Source: Eutreptiella sp. 'Long Island Sound 2002' (Eukaryota > Protista > Euglenida). From it: a stretch of DNA of 64,000 bases. How positions within the stretch are numbered: position 1 is the stretch's first letter; each line of letters starts with the position of its first letter. Shown here piece after piece: positions 1-11,284 of this stretch. Location: positions 13,206,001-13,270,000 of the forward strand of contig OZ038379.1 of NCBI GenBank assembly GCA_964036045.1, written 5' to 3'. The translations under genes were made by a program, and so were the position numbers. Under the pieces are notes generated by a model. That model did not search any database, was not told where the DNA came from, and worked only from the letters and a program-made list of their open reading frames with translations.

Positions 1-608
1 TCCCGACGCGTCGTACATCCCCGACGCGTCGGGCCCCGACACCTTGTACGACACTGTACGACGCGTCGTACATCCCCGACGCGTCGGGCCCCGACGCCTT
101 GTACGACACTGTACGACGCGTCGTACAGTGTCTTAAGCAACACTCTGCCCCCCCCCCTCTCTTAAGCAACACTCTGCCCCCCCCCCCCCCTCTCTTAAGC
201 AACACTCTGCCCCCCCCCTTCTATTAAGCAACACTCTGCACAGGGGGAGGGCGGTCTGGGGTCTGTAGACACTGTGCACCACAGGTAGACGCGGCCTGCT
301 AATTGTAGACACTGTCGGCATGTTGTAGACGCGAAGTGCCAATATTTGGGAAGGGGGCCGAAGGCCCCCTTCCCCCAAGACGGTCCGCTGCCATCGTTTA
401 CCCGCCTAGAGGGGGAGGGCGGTCGTACTATGTCGTACTGTGTCGTACGGTGTTGGTGCTGTACGACACCTTGTACGACACTGTACGACGCGTCGTACAT
501 CCCCGACGCGTCGGGCCCCGACGCCTTGTACGACACTGTACGACGCGTCGTACGCTCCCGACGCGTCGGGCCCCGACGCCTTGTACGACGCCCCGACGCG
601 TCGTACAA
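1..608. repeat. CpG-rich tandem repeat (~60 bp unit) built from perfect palindromes; two blocks (1-127 and ~457-608)
   Basis: Repeated TGTACGACGCGTCGTACA (18-bp palindrome) and CCCGACGCGTCGGG (14-bp palindrome) linked by ccccgacgccttgtacgacac. Confidence 0.9.
133..245 (+). repeat. Short tandem repeat (t/c)TAAGCAACACTCTGC(C)n x4
   Basis: Four direct copies separated by C runs. Confidence 0.85.
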
Positions 609-914
609 TGCATTTCCGACAGCACTCAGCATATCATACTAAACTCCAACAGCGTTCTTGCGAGACCTTACCTTACCATTGCAAGGGCGTTGCGTAAAAA
701 GCCGGGTGGGGGGGGGGGGGGAGATTGGCACAAGGCCTTGGTGTTGGGTGGGGGGGGGGGGGACAGGATGGGAACCATGTTCCTGTGTGCTGCCCGCAGT
801 GCTGCTGCACAGCGGTTTGTGACAGGTTGAGCGTGGTTTGTGACACCGATTGATGCGGTTCATGGCACAGCGACCAATCCAATAGATCAATTGCAACAAC
901 GCGGCATTGCACGG

Positions 915-1250
915 TACGCCTGGTGCCCTTCGTTTGCACAGACGCCTGACGCCAGGGTGGGTATTGAGGGCCTGCGCTTGGTCCGGTTGTTGTGCAGGCG
1001 CCGACTTGGGAACCATAGGGACAGCCTCGTCCTGCACTGCGACTTCATTTGTTGGGCGGACCTGCTGACCACACCCGGGGGACGTTCTCGCTTGTCTGGG
1101 GGGGCTGACTCCCTGCGGGCCTGTCGGCGCTCTCGATGGAACCTTGCCTGTTGCGCAAGAGAGCACGCTCTGGGGGCGCAGAGTGGGTGCGTGTTTCCTG
1201 GCGCACATCTGCCAGCCCAGCAAAAAAGCCTCGTGCAGGTGGTTCGCAGC
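915..1250 (-). pseudogene. Decayed 3' remnant of a LINE related to the 13.4-15.6 kb element
   Basis: ORF 887..1276 contains TTCTRLFCWAGRCA and LHN...GVCANEGHQ, which align with MTCKRLRKSAEECC and LHN...GVRHCCDRGHH of the LINE C-terminus. Confidence 0.4.
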
Positions 1251-2549
1251 AACCTGCGTGCGACCACACTGAACACCAGGTTCTATCCGCTTCGGAGGCC
1301 GCTGCTTTTGCAGTGCAGTTTTGGGATAAGAAGACTCACCCCACCAAGGCTTCTCAGCATGAATTTCTGGCAACCTGCATCAATGTTGATTTGGAGTGAA
1401 ATGTGAAACATGCGGGTCGCCAGAGGTACACTCGAAAGAGGGGGCATCAAACAACATATTCGGAATAAGCGAGTGTGAAATGTTCAGTTCATGTTTGCGT
1501 GCCGACTTTGCAGCTCTAGTGCTTGAAAATGTGACCACCTACCCACCCCCCAACCCATGCATTTCTGAAATGCCCTTTTCTCACAGATTTCAAAAAGTAC
1601 ACACATACCCTCCCCCCCTACGGAACGAAATTTTGGTGCATTGGACAAAAAATTGAGAAAGCCCTGAAAAAGTGCAAATTTGCTCCGTGTTGGCAGGTTA
1701 TGAATGTCCCCGAGAGATATAGGAGTCACAATAATACCACCAAAAGCGCTGATCAGCTTGCGGTATGAACCATGGGGGAAACTTTTCTCAATTTTTCGTA
1801 AGCAGAGGATCCCTTGGGCAGGTGAACAACAATTTTACTAGAGGAGGGGGGGGGGGGGGCAGGCCCCCGAAAATAACGGGGAGGTTCAGAGCATTGTTTT
1901 CCCAACAACATGTTTTGTGGTCAAGAATGTAAGAGGGTATGGCATGTCTGTGGTAGTGGGACAGAGGGGCGGGTCATGCCTGTGAAGAATTGTTGCTGTT
2001 CAAAACAACAGCAACATTCTGCTTGAGACTACATGCCAGTTCTATGTGTTTGAAAGTAAGTCTCAGCAACCGTTCAGCGTCGCTGTGCCTAGCTGAAACC
2101 GCGTCAGCAAGATGGGGTTACCAATGTGAGATGCAGCGATGGTCCTCTGAGGCCCGTGACCCACAGATACCCATGTCCTCCTGTCCCCCACCTTCCCTTG
2201 GCACAGTCGCAGACCTGCGTGGGCACAATGCAGGCGTTGGCGTCCATGATCATTCCGGGAACGGGGGTGGCCATGATGACAGAAAAAGGCGGTGCGCTGT
2301 GGAGGAGAGGGGGATGGCATACCAAGGGGGACACCGGTGCAGCTGCCCAGTCTAGGAAATTACAAAATAACGCTGAATTGTGTCTCCAATGGTCATGACT
2401 CATCGGTGCCCACATCCATGTATGTGTGTGTGGGTGACGCCCAAGTATTTCAATCAATGCTAAAACTGCGAGGTTCAACATTTCTATGCTCCTACGTCCA
2501 TCAGCAAAACCATGAGTCCATTGTGTGTGTGTGTGTGTGTGTGTGTGTG

Positions 2550-2903
2550 CTCTGTACTTTGATGAGGTAGATCCTTGTGCAGCATTGGGTTGGACGCCCC
2601 ATTCAGCTCAGGTCTGCTGAGGCCTCTGTGTGACGTTGTTTCCCCCCCTTCTGCGGAATCAGAACCTCTGCGTTTGGTTGGTTATGTGACCGAAGTACTG
2701 GCTCTCCCATGCCTCGAGAAAAAGAGTGGTCGGGCTACTGTGTCCTCGGCTCCGTCACCTTCCAGTCCCTGTGGAACAGGTGCTGGGGGGGATGGAGGCG
2801 GTGGTGTTTTCGGCCTTCTGCGCTTGGGTGCCGGAGGCGTGGGCGGTTGGTGTGGGGACCTCAGCAGCAGCTATGGGTATAAAGTCTGAAGTCTGAAGTC
2901 TGA
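2550..2903 (+). mobile_element. Short 3' end fragment of a LINE-like element ending in agcagctatgggtata + (AAGTCTG)3
   Basis: Shares agcagctatgggtata (encoding SSYGY) with the 3' end of the 13.4-15.6 kb LINE; follows a (TG)n tract. Confidence 0.4.
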
Positions 2904-3184
2904 TTTGGCATCTCGTGTCAAGGACATAAAACAGAACACATCTCAGCAAAAGTCTGATAAAAGTGTGGTACCCGCCCCCTCCCTTCCTTCCTTCCTGTCA
3001 GAAAGGGACAAGAAAAAGTCTGGCACTCCCCCTCCCCCAACACAGCCACCCACCACAAAAAAAACCATCATGAAAATTGAAAGTTGGGAAGAATGGGAGT
3101 CCATGCAACACAGGGGAACACCCCCCCCCAAAAGAAAAAAAAGGGTGGAAAATGGGGCATTGGGGAAAATGGGAGGCTGGGAAA

Positions 3185-3370
3185 AATATTCCACTGAGGT
3201 GGTGTACCCCCCCCCCCCTGTGGATTAATATTCCATTGAGGTGGTGTACCTCCCCCTCTAGATAAATATTCCACTGAAGTGGTGTACCCCCCCCCCCCTG
3301 TGGATAAATATTCCACTGAGGTGGTGTACACCCCCCCTCTGGATAGATATTCCACTGAGGTGGTGCACCC
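3185..3370 (+). repeat. ~40-bp minisatellite x5 (aatattccactgaggtggtgtac(C)n)
   Basis: Copies at ~3185, 3227, 3265, 3307, 3346. Confidence 0.9.
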
Positions 3371-3383
3371 CCCTGCTATGCTC

Positions 3384-3532
3384 CAATTCCTATGGGGGTC
3401 TGGACCCCCAAAATAATTGACGCGACCCTATGCGTCAATTCCTATGGGGGTCCAGACCCCCAAAATAATTGACGCGACCCTATGCGTCAATTCCTATGGG
3501 GGTCCAGACCCCCAAAATAATCGACGCGACCC
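3384..3532 (+). repeat. 52-bp minisatellite x3 with two internal hairpins
   Basis: caattcctatgggggtcYRgacccccaaaataattgacgcgaccctatgcgt at 3384, 3436, 3488. Confidence 0.9.
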
Positions 3533-6500
3533 AATTCACGGAGGGGTGAAATAATTCACGGAGGGGGGTAAATAATTCACGGAGGGGTCAAATAATTCAC
3601 GGAGGGGGGGTAAATAATTCACGGAGGGGTGAAATAATTCACGGAGGGGGGTAAACAATTCACGGAGGGGTGAAATAATTCACGGAGGGGGGTAAATAAT
3701 TCACGGAGGGGTGAAATAATTCACGGAGGGGGGTAAATAATTCACGGAGGGGTGAAATAATTCACGGAGGGGGGTAAACAATTCACGGAGGGGTGAAAGA
3801 AATCACGGAGGGGGGTAAACAATTCACGGAGGGGTAAAATAATTCACGGAGGGGGGTAAATAATTCACGGAGGGGTGAAATAATTCACGGAGGGGGGTAA
3901 ATAATTCACGGAGGGGTGAAATAATTCACGGAGGGGGGTAAATAATTCACGGAGGGGTGAAATAATTCACGGAGGGGGGTAAATAATTCACAGAGGGGTG
4001 AAATAATTCAGGGAAGGGGGGTAAACAATTCACGGAGGGGTAAAATAATTCACGGAGGGGGGTAAATAATTCACGGAGGGGTCAAAAAATTCACGGAGGG
4101 GGGTAAATATTTCACGGAGGTGTCGAATAATTCACGGAGGGGGGTAAACAATTCACGGAGGGGTAAAATAATTCACGGAGGAGGGTAAATAATTCACGGA
4201 GAGGTAAAATAATTCACGGAGGGGGGTAAATAATTCACGGAGGGGTCACATAATTCACGGAGGGGGGTAAATAATTCACGGAGGGGTAAAATAATTCACG
4301 GAGGGGGGTAAACAATTCACGGAGGGGTGAAATAATTCACGGAGGGGGTGAAATAATTCACGGAGGGGTAAAATAATTCACGGAGGGGGGTAAACAATTC
4401 ACGGAGGGGTAAAATAATTCACGGAGGGGGTCAAATAATTCACGGAGGGGTAAAATAATTCACGGAGGGGGGTAAACAATTCACGGAGGGGTAAAATAAT
4501 TCACGGAGGGGGGTAAACAATTCACGGAGGGGTAAAATAATTCACGGAGGGGGGTAAACAATTCACGGAGGGGTGAAATAATTCACGGAGAGGGGTTAAT
4601 AATTCACGGAGAGGTCAAATAATTCACGGAGGGGGGTAAAGAATTCACGGAGGGGTCAAATAATTCACGGAGGGGGGTAAATAATTCACGGAGGGGTAAA
4701 ATAATTCACGGAGGGGGGTAAATAATTCACGGAGGGGTGAAATAATTCACGGAGGTGGGTAAACAATTCGGGGAGGGGTAAAATAATTCACGGAGGGGGG
4801 TAAATAATTCACGGAGGGGTGAAATAATTCACGGAGGGGGGTAAACAATTCACGGAGGGGTGAAATAATTCACGGAGGGGGGTAAATAATTCACGGAGGG
4901 GTGAAATAATTCACGGAGGGGTGAAAGAAATCACGGAGGGGTGAAATAATTCACGGAGGGGGGTAAATAATTCACGGAGGGGTGAAATAATTCACGGAGG
5001 GGGGTAAACAATTCACGGAGGGGTGAAAGAAATCACGGAGGGGGGTAAACAATTCACGGAGGGGTAAAATAATTCACGGAGGGGGGTAAATAATTCACGG
5101 AGGGGTGAAATAATTCACGGAGGGGGGTAAATAATTCACGGAGGGGTAAAATAATTCACGGAGGGGGGTAAATAATTCACGGAGGGGTGAAATAATTCAC
5201 GGAGGGGGGTAAATAATTCACGGAGGGGTGAAATAATTCAGGGAAGGGGGGTAAACAATTCACGGAGGGGTAAAATAATTCACGGAGGGGGGTAAATAAT
5301 TCACGGAGGGGTCAAATAATTCACGGAGGGGGGTAAATAATTCACGGAGGTGTCGAATAATTCACGGAGGGGGGTAAACAATTCACGGAGGGGTAAAATA
5401 ATTCACGGAGGAGGGTAAATAATTCACGGAGAGGTAAAATAATTCACGGAGGGGGGTAAATAATTCACGGAGGGGTCACATAATTCACGGAGGGGGGTAA
5501 ATAATTCACGGAGGGGTAAAATAATTCACGGAGGGGGGTAAACAATTCACGGAGGGGTGAAATAATTCACGGAGGGGGTGAAATAATTCACGGAGGGGTA
5601 AAATAATTCACGGAGGGGGGTAAACAATTCACGGAGGGGTAAAATAATTCACGGAGGGGGTCAAATAATTCACGGAGGGGTAAAATAATTCACGGAGGGG
5701 GGTAAACAATTCACGGAGGGGTAAAATAATTCACGGAGGGGGGTAAACAATTCACGGAGGGGTAAAATAATTCACGGAGGGGGGTAAACAATTCACGGAG
5801 GGGTGAAATAATTCACGGAGAGGGGTTAATAATTCACGGAGAGGTCAAATAATTCACGGAGGGGGGTAAAGAATTCACGGAGGGGTCAAATAATTCACGG
5901 AGGGGGGTAAACAATTCACGGAGGGGTAAAATAATTCACCGAGGGGGGTAAATAATTCACGGAGGGGTGAAATAATTCACGGAGGTGGGTAAACAATTCA
6001 CGGAGGGGTAAAATAATTCACGGAGGGGGGTAAATAATTCACGGAGGGGTGAAATAATTCACGGAGGGGGGTAAACAATTCACGGAGGGGTGAAATAATT
6101 CACGGAGGGGGGTAAATAATTCACGGAGGGGTGAAATAATTCACGGAGGGGGGTAAACAATTCACGGAGGGGTAAAATAATTCACGGAGGGGGGGAAATA
6201 ATTCACGGAGGGGTCAAATAATTCACGGAGGGGGGTAAATAATTCACGGAGGGGTGAAATAATTCACGGAGGGGGGTAAATAATTCACGGAGGGGTGAAA
6301 TAATTCACGGAGGGGGGTAAACAATTCACGGAGGGGTGAAATAATTCACGGAGGGGGGGTAAATAATTCACGGAGGGGTGAAATAATTCAGGGAAGGGGG
6401 GTAAACAATTCACGGAGGGGTGAAATAATTCACGGAGGGGGGTAAATAATTCACGGAGGGGTGAAATAATTCACGGAGGGGGGTAAATAATTCACGGAGG

Positions 6501-9500
6501 GGTGAAATAATTCACGGAGGGGGGTAAACAATTCACGGAGGGGTGAAATAATTCACGGAGGGGGGTAAATAATTCACGGAGGGGTGAAATAATTCAGGGA
6601 AGGGGGGTAAACAATTCACGGAGGGGTAAAATAATTCACGGAGGGGGGTAAATAATTCACGGAGGGGTCAAATAATTCACGGAGGGGGGTAAATAATTCA
6701 CGGAGGGGTCAAATAATTCACGGAGGGGGGTAAATAATTCACGGAGGTGTCGAATAATTCACGGAGGGGGGTAAACAATTCACGGAGGGGTAAAATAATT
6801 CAGGGGAGGGGGGTAAATAATTCACGGAGGGGTAAAATAATTCACGGAGGGGGGTAAATAATTCACGGAGGGGTGAAATAATTCACGGAGGGGGGTAAAC
6901 AATTCACGGAGGGGTGAAATAATTCACGGAGGGGGGTAAACAATTCACGGAGGGGTAAAATAATTCACGGAGGGGGGTAAATAATTCACGGAGGGGTGAA
7001 ATAATTCACGGAGGGGGGTAAATAATTCACGGAGGGGTGAAATAATTCACGGAGGGGGGTAAATAATTCATGGAGGGGTGAAATAATTCACGGAGGGGGG
7101 TAAACAATTCACGGAGGGGTGAAATAATTCACGGAGGGGGGTGAATAATTCACGGAGGGGTGAAAGAAATCACGGAGGGGGGTAAACAATTCACGGAGGG
7201 GTGAAATAATTCACGGAGGGGGGTAAATAATTCACGGAGGGGTGAAATAATTCACGGAGGGGGGTAAATAATTCACGGAGGGGTGAAATAATTCACGGAG
7301 GGGGGTAAACAATTCACGGAGGGGTGAAATAATTCACGGAGGGGGGTAGATAATTCACGGAGGGGTAAAATAATTCAGGGAAGGGGGGTAAACAATTCAC
7401 GGAGGGGTCAAATAATTCACGGAGGGGGGTAAATAATTCACGGAGGGGTCAAATAATTCACGGAGGGGGGTAAATAATTCACGGAGGTGTCGAATAATTC
7501 ACGGAGGGGGGTAAATAATTCACGGAGGGGGTGAAATAATTCACGGAGGGGTAAAATAATTCACGGAGGGGGGTAAATAATTCACGGAGAGGTAAAATAA
7601 TTCACGGAGGTGGGTAAACAATTCACGGAGGGGTAAAATAATTCACGGAGGGGGGTAAATAATTCACGGAGGGGTCAAATAATTCACGGAGGGGGGTAAA
7701 TAATTCACGGAGGGGTGAAATAATTCACGGAGGGGGGTAAACAATTCACGGAGGGGTGAAATAATTCACGGAGGGGGGTAAATAATTCACGGAGGGGTCA
7801 AATAATTCACGGAGGGGGGTAAATAATTCACGGAGGTGTCGAATAATTCACGGAGGGGGGTATCCAATTCACAGAGGGGTAAAGTAATTCACGGAGGGGG
7901 GTAAATAATTCACGGAGAGCCAAAATAATTCACGGAGGGGGGGTAAATAATTCACGGAGGGGTGAAATAATTCACGGAGGGGGGTAAACAAATCACGGAG
8001 GGGTGAAATAATTCACGGAGGGGGGTAAATAATTCACGGAGGGGTGAAATAATTCACGGAGGGCGGTAAATAATTCACGGAGGGGTGAAATAATTCACGG
8101 AGGGGGGTAAGCGATTCACGGAGGGGTGAAATAATTCACGGAGGGGGGTAAATAATTCACGGAGGGGTGAAATAATTCAGGGAAGGGGGGTAAACAATTC
8201 ACGGAGGGGTAAGATAATTCACGGAGGGGGGTAAATAATTCGCGGAGGGGTCAAATAATTCACGGAGGGGGGTAAATAATTCACGGAGGTGTCGAATAAT
8301 TCACGGAGGGGGGTAAACAATTCACGGAGGGGTCAAATAATTCACGGAGGAGGGTAAATAATTCACGGAGAGGTAAAATAATTCACGGAGGGGGGTAAAT
8401 AATTCACGGAGGGGTCAAATAATTCACGGAGGGGGGTAAATAATTCACGGAGGGGTAAAATAATTCACGGAGGGGGGTAAACAATTCACGGAGGGGTGAA
8501 ATAATTCACGGAGGGGGGTAAATAATTCACGGAGGGGTGAAATAATTCACGGAGGGGGGTAAATAATTCACGGAGGGGTGAAATAATTCACGGAGGGGGT
8601 CAAATAATTCACGGAGGGGTGAAATAATTCACGGAGGGGGGTAAACAATTCACGGAGGGGTAAAATAATTCACGGAGGGGGGTAAACAATTCACGGAGGG
8701 GTAAAATAATTCACGGAGGGGGGTAAACAATTCACGGAGGGGTGAAATAATTCACGGAGGGGGGTAAACAATTCACGGAGGGGTGAAATAATTCACGGAG
8801 GGGGGTAAATAATTCACGGAGGGGTCAAATAATTCACGGAGGGGGGTAAATAATTCACGGAGGTGTCGAATAATTCACGGAGGGGGGTATCCAATTCACA
8901 GAGGGGTAAAGTAATTCACGGAGGGGGGTAAATAATTCACGGAGAGGTAAAATCTTTCACGGAGGGGGGTAAATAATTCACGGAGGGGTGAAATAATTCA
9001 CGGAGGGGGGTAAACAATTCACGGAGGGGTGAAATAATTCACGGAGGGGGGTAAATAATTCACGGAGGGGTCAAATAATTCACGGAGGGGGGTAAACAAT
9101 TCACGGAGGGGTGAAATAATTCACGGAGGGGGGTAAATAATTCACGGAGGGGTGAAATAATTCACGGAGGGGGGTAAAAAATTCACGGAGGGGTAAAATA
9201 ATTCACGGAGGGGGGTGTATAATTCACGGAGGGGTGAAATAATTCACGGAGGGGGGTAAACAATTCACGGAGGGGTCAAATAATTCATGGAGGGGGGTAA
9301 ACAATTCACGGAGGGGTAAAATAATTCACGGAGGGGGGTAAACAATTCACGGAGGGGTAAAATAATTCACGGAGGGGGGTAAATAATTCACGGAGGGGTA
9401 AAATAATTCACGGAGGGGGGTAAACAATTCACGGAGGGGTGAAATAATTCACGGAGGGGGGTAAATAATTCACGGGGGGGTCAAATAATTCACGGAGGGG

Positions 9501-9965
9501 GGTAAATAATTCACGGAGGTGTGGAATAATTCACGGAGGGGGGTATCCAATTCACAGAGGGGTAAAGTAATTCACGGAGGGGGGTAAATAATTCACGGAG
9601 AGGTAAAATATTTCACGGAGGGGGGTAAATAATTCACGGAGGGGTGAAATAATTCACGGAGGGGGGTAAACAATTCACGGAGGGGTGAAATAATTCACGG
9701 AGGGGGGTAAATAATTCACGGAGGGGTCAAATAATTCACGGAGGGGGGTAAAAAATTCACGGAGGGGTAAAATAATTCACGGAGGGGGGTAAAGAATTCA
9801 CGGAGAGGTAAAATAATTCACGGAGGGGGGTAAATAATTCACGGAGGGGTCAAATAATTCACGGAGGGGGGTAAACAATTCACGGAGGGGTGAAATAATT
9901 CACGGAGGGGGGTAAATAATTCACGGAGGTGTCAAATAATTCACGGAGGGGGGTAAACAATTCAC
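3533..9965 (+). repeat. Satellite array, alternating 20-bp and 21-bp monomers (41-bp dimer), about 310 monomers
   Basis: Consensus GGAGGGGTGAAATAATTCAC + GGAGGGGGGTAAATAATTCAC over 6.4 kb; no ORFs in the region. Confidence 0.98.
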
Positions 9966-11242
9966 AAGGAGACAAGGAGACCTGAATTCTGTCATTTAGG
10001 AAAGCTCTAGTGTCTCAGCACAGTAGGTTGTCTCACTCCCCTCATCCTGGAGCAAGTGGAGGGAAAGGACAAACCAAACCCTGTTCAGGACCCTACAATC
10101 TGAGAAAGACAGGTGACTTCTTCGAATGTCTAACCAAAATCATCACGGCAATGTTGTTTGCAACTGCAACAGATGGATGCAAGAAACACAGCCTAGAAGC
10201 CTAACAGCTGGTGGCCATACAGTGTCGTGTTAGGCTACGCTGCCCAGCTGCCTCCATGAATGTGATGTCTCTGGCGGTGAGCATAATTTGACGTCTCGTG
10301 CCCCTCTCCGCCTTTGCTGTGCTGAACTACATCGCCAACCACACACCCACGGCAGGAAAAGAGGAAAAATTTGAAATTTCGGAAGCTTGGGTCTCAGAAT
10401 CAGGAGTTTCGCTGCAGACCTTATTCAAGCTGCACGAGCTTTCTGCTGGAGTTTGGGGTGGTGCGCACGATTGAAAGGTGCGCACATTCGACCCCTCGGC
10501 CATTTTTGTGCGTAGTACTCACAACCACAACACAAAAAGACAGAATCAAAATCAGGTAAACAATTCACCTGTGCAGAACACGCGGAGTGCATGGGCTGGG
10601 GAAAGGGGGGAAACTCAAGCCCGGGGTCAATTCAGGGGGTCTCGGTTTCAGTGCAGTGAGTGTAGTGCAGTGTGGTGCGGTACAGTGCAGGGGCTATTCC
10701 TAACTAAAGCACCAGGGCAAATCACAGAAAATTGTATTGTCTGCAACATCCCTAACCTGTTAAAGTCCTTAAAAATGTGTGGAAGCGGAAGCCAGGAGGG
10801 GTTGGTCCATGTGGACCGCCCAGGCGGGGAGGGTGGAGAGGAACTTACAGGTTTTTATTTTTACATCCCACCTTGCTCTCTCTGACCCCTTGGGTGCCCG
10901 GGCGTCCTCTCCTCCCCCCCCCTGTAGGGCAGTGAAGGCAAGCCTGCCTGCCCAGGCACCCCGCCATCAGACAGCACCGTTTAACAGGCAAGAAAGTGTT
11001 CTCCAAAAATGAAAAAAAAAATTTCCGAAAGCGGTGCTGTCAGTGGCCCCCTTGTGTTTAACTGACTTTTGTTTGTGCTGGTTGTTTAACAGAGGGTCGG
11101 GGAAGGGGTCGAGAGCAGAGGGGAGGGGTTTAAGGGGTATAGCTGCCCAGCCGATGAGTCCCCCCTTGCAGGGGGACCCAGAGCAAACATACAGACACCC
11201 ACGCATGCCCACACATACACACATACACACGCATTAAAAACA

Positions 11243-11281
11243 ACAATTCACGGAGGTGTCAAATAATTCACGGAGGGGAGA
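11243..11281 (+). repeat. Detached remnant of the satellite
   Basis: aacaattcacggaggtgtcaaataattcacggagggg, the same variant as the array end at ~9920-9950. Confidence 0.85.
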
Positions 11282-11284
11282 CGC

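Noticed and set aside
133-697. ORFs 195..632, 336..830, 346..642 and similar
   Set aside because: Translations of the palindromic tandem repeat
2555-2620. C/D box snoRNA (TGATGA ... CTGA)
   Set aside because: No terminal stem or recognisable rRNA guide, and no cluster of similar units
3533-9965. Telomeric repeat
   Set aside because: The unit is 20/21 bp, not TTAGGG-like, and the array is internal
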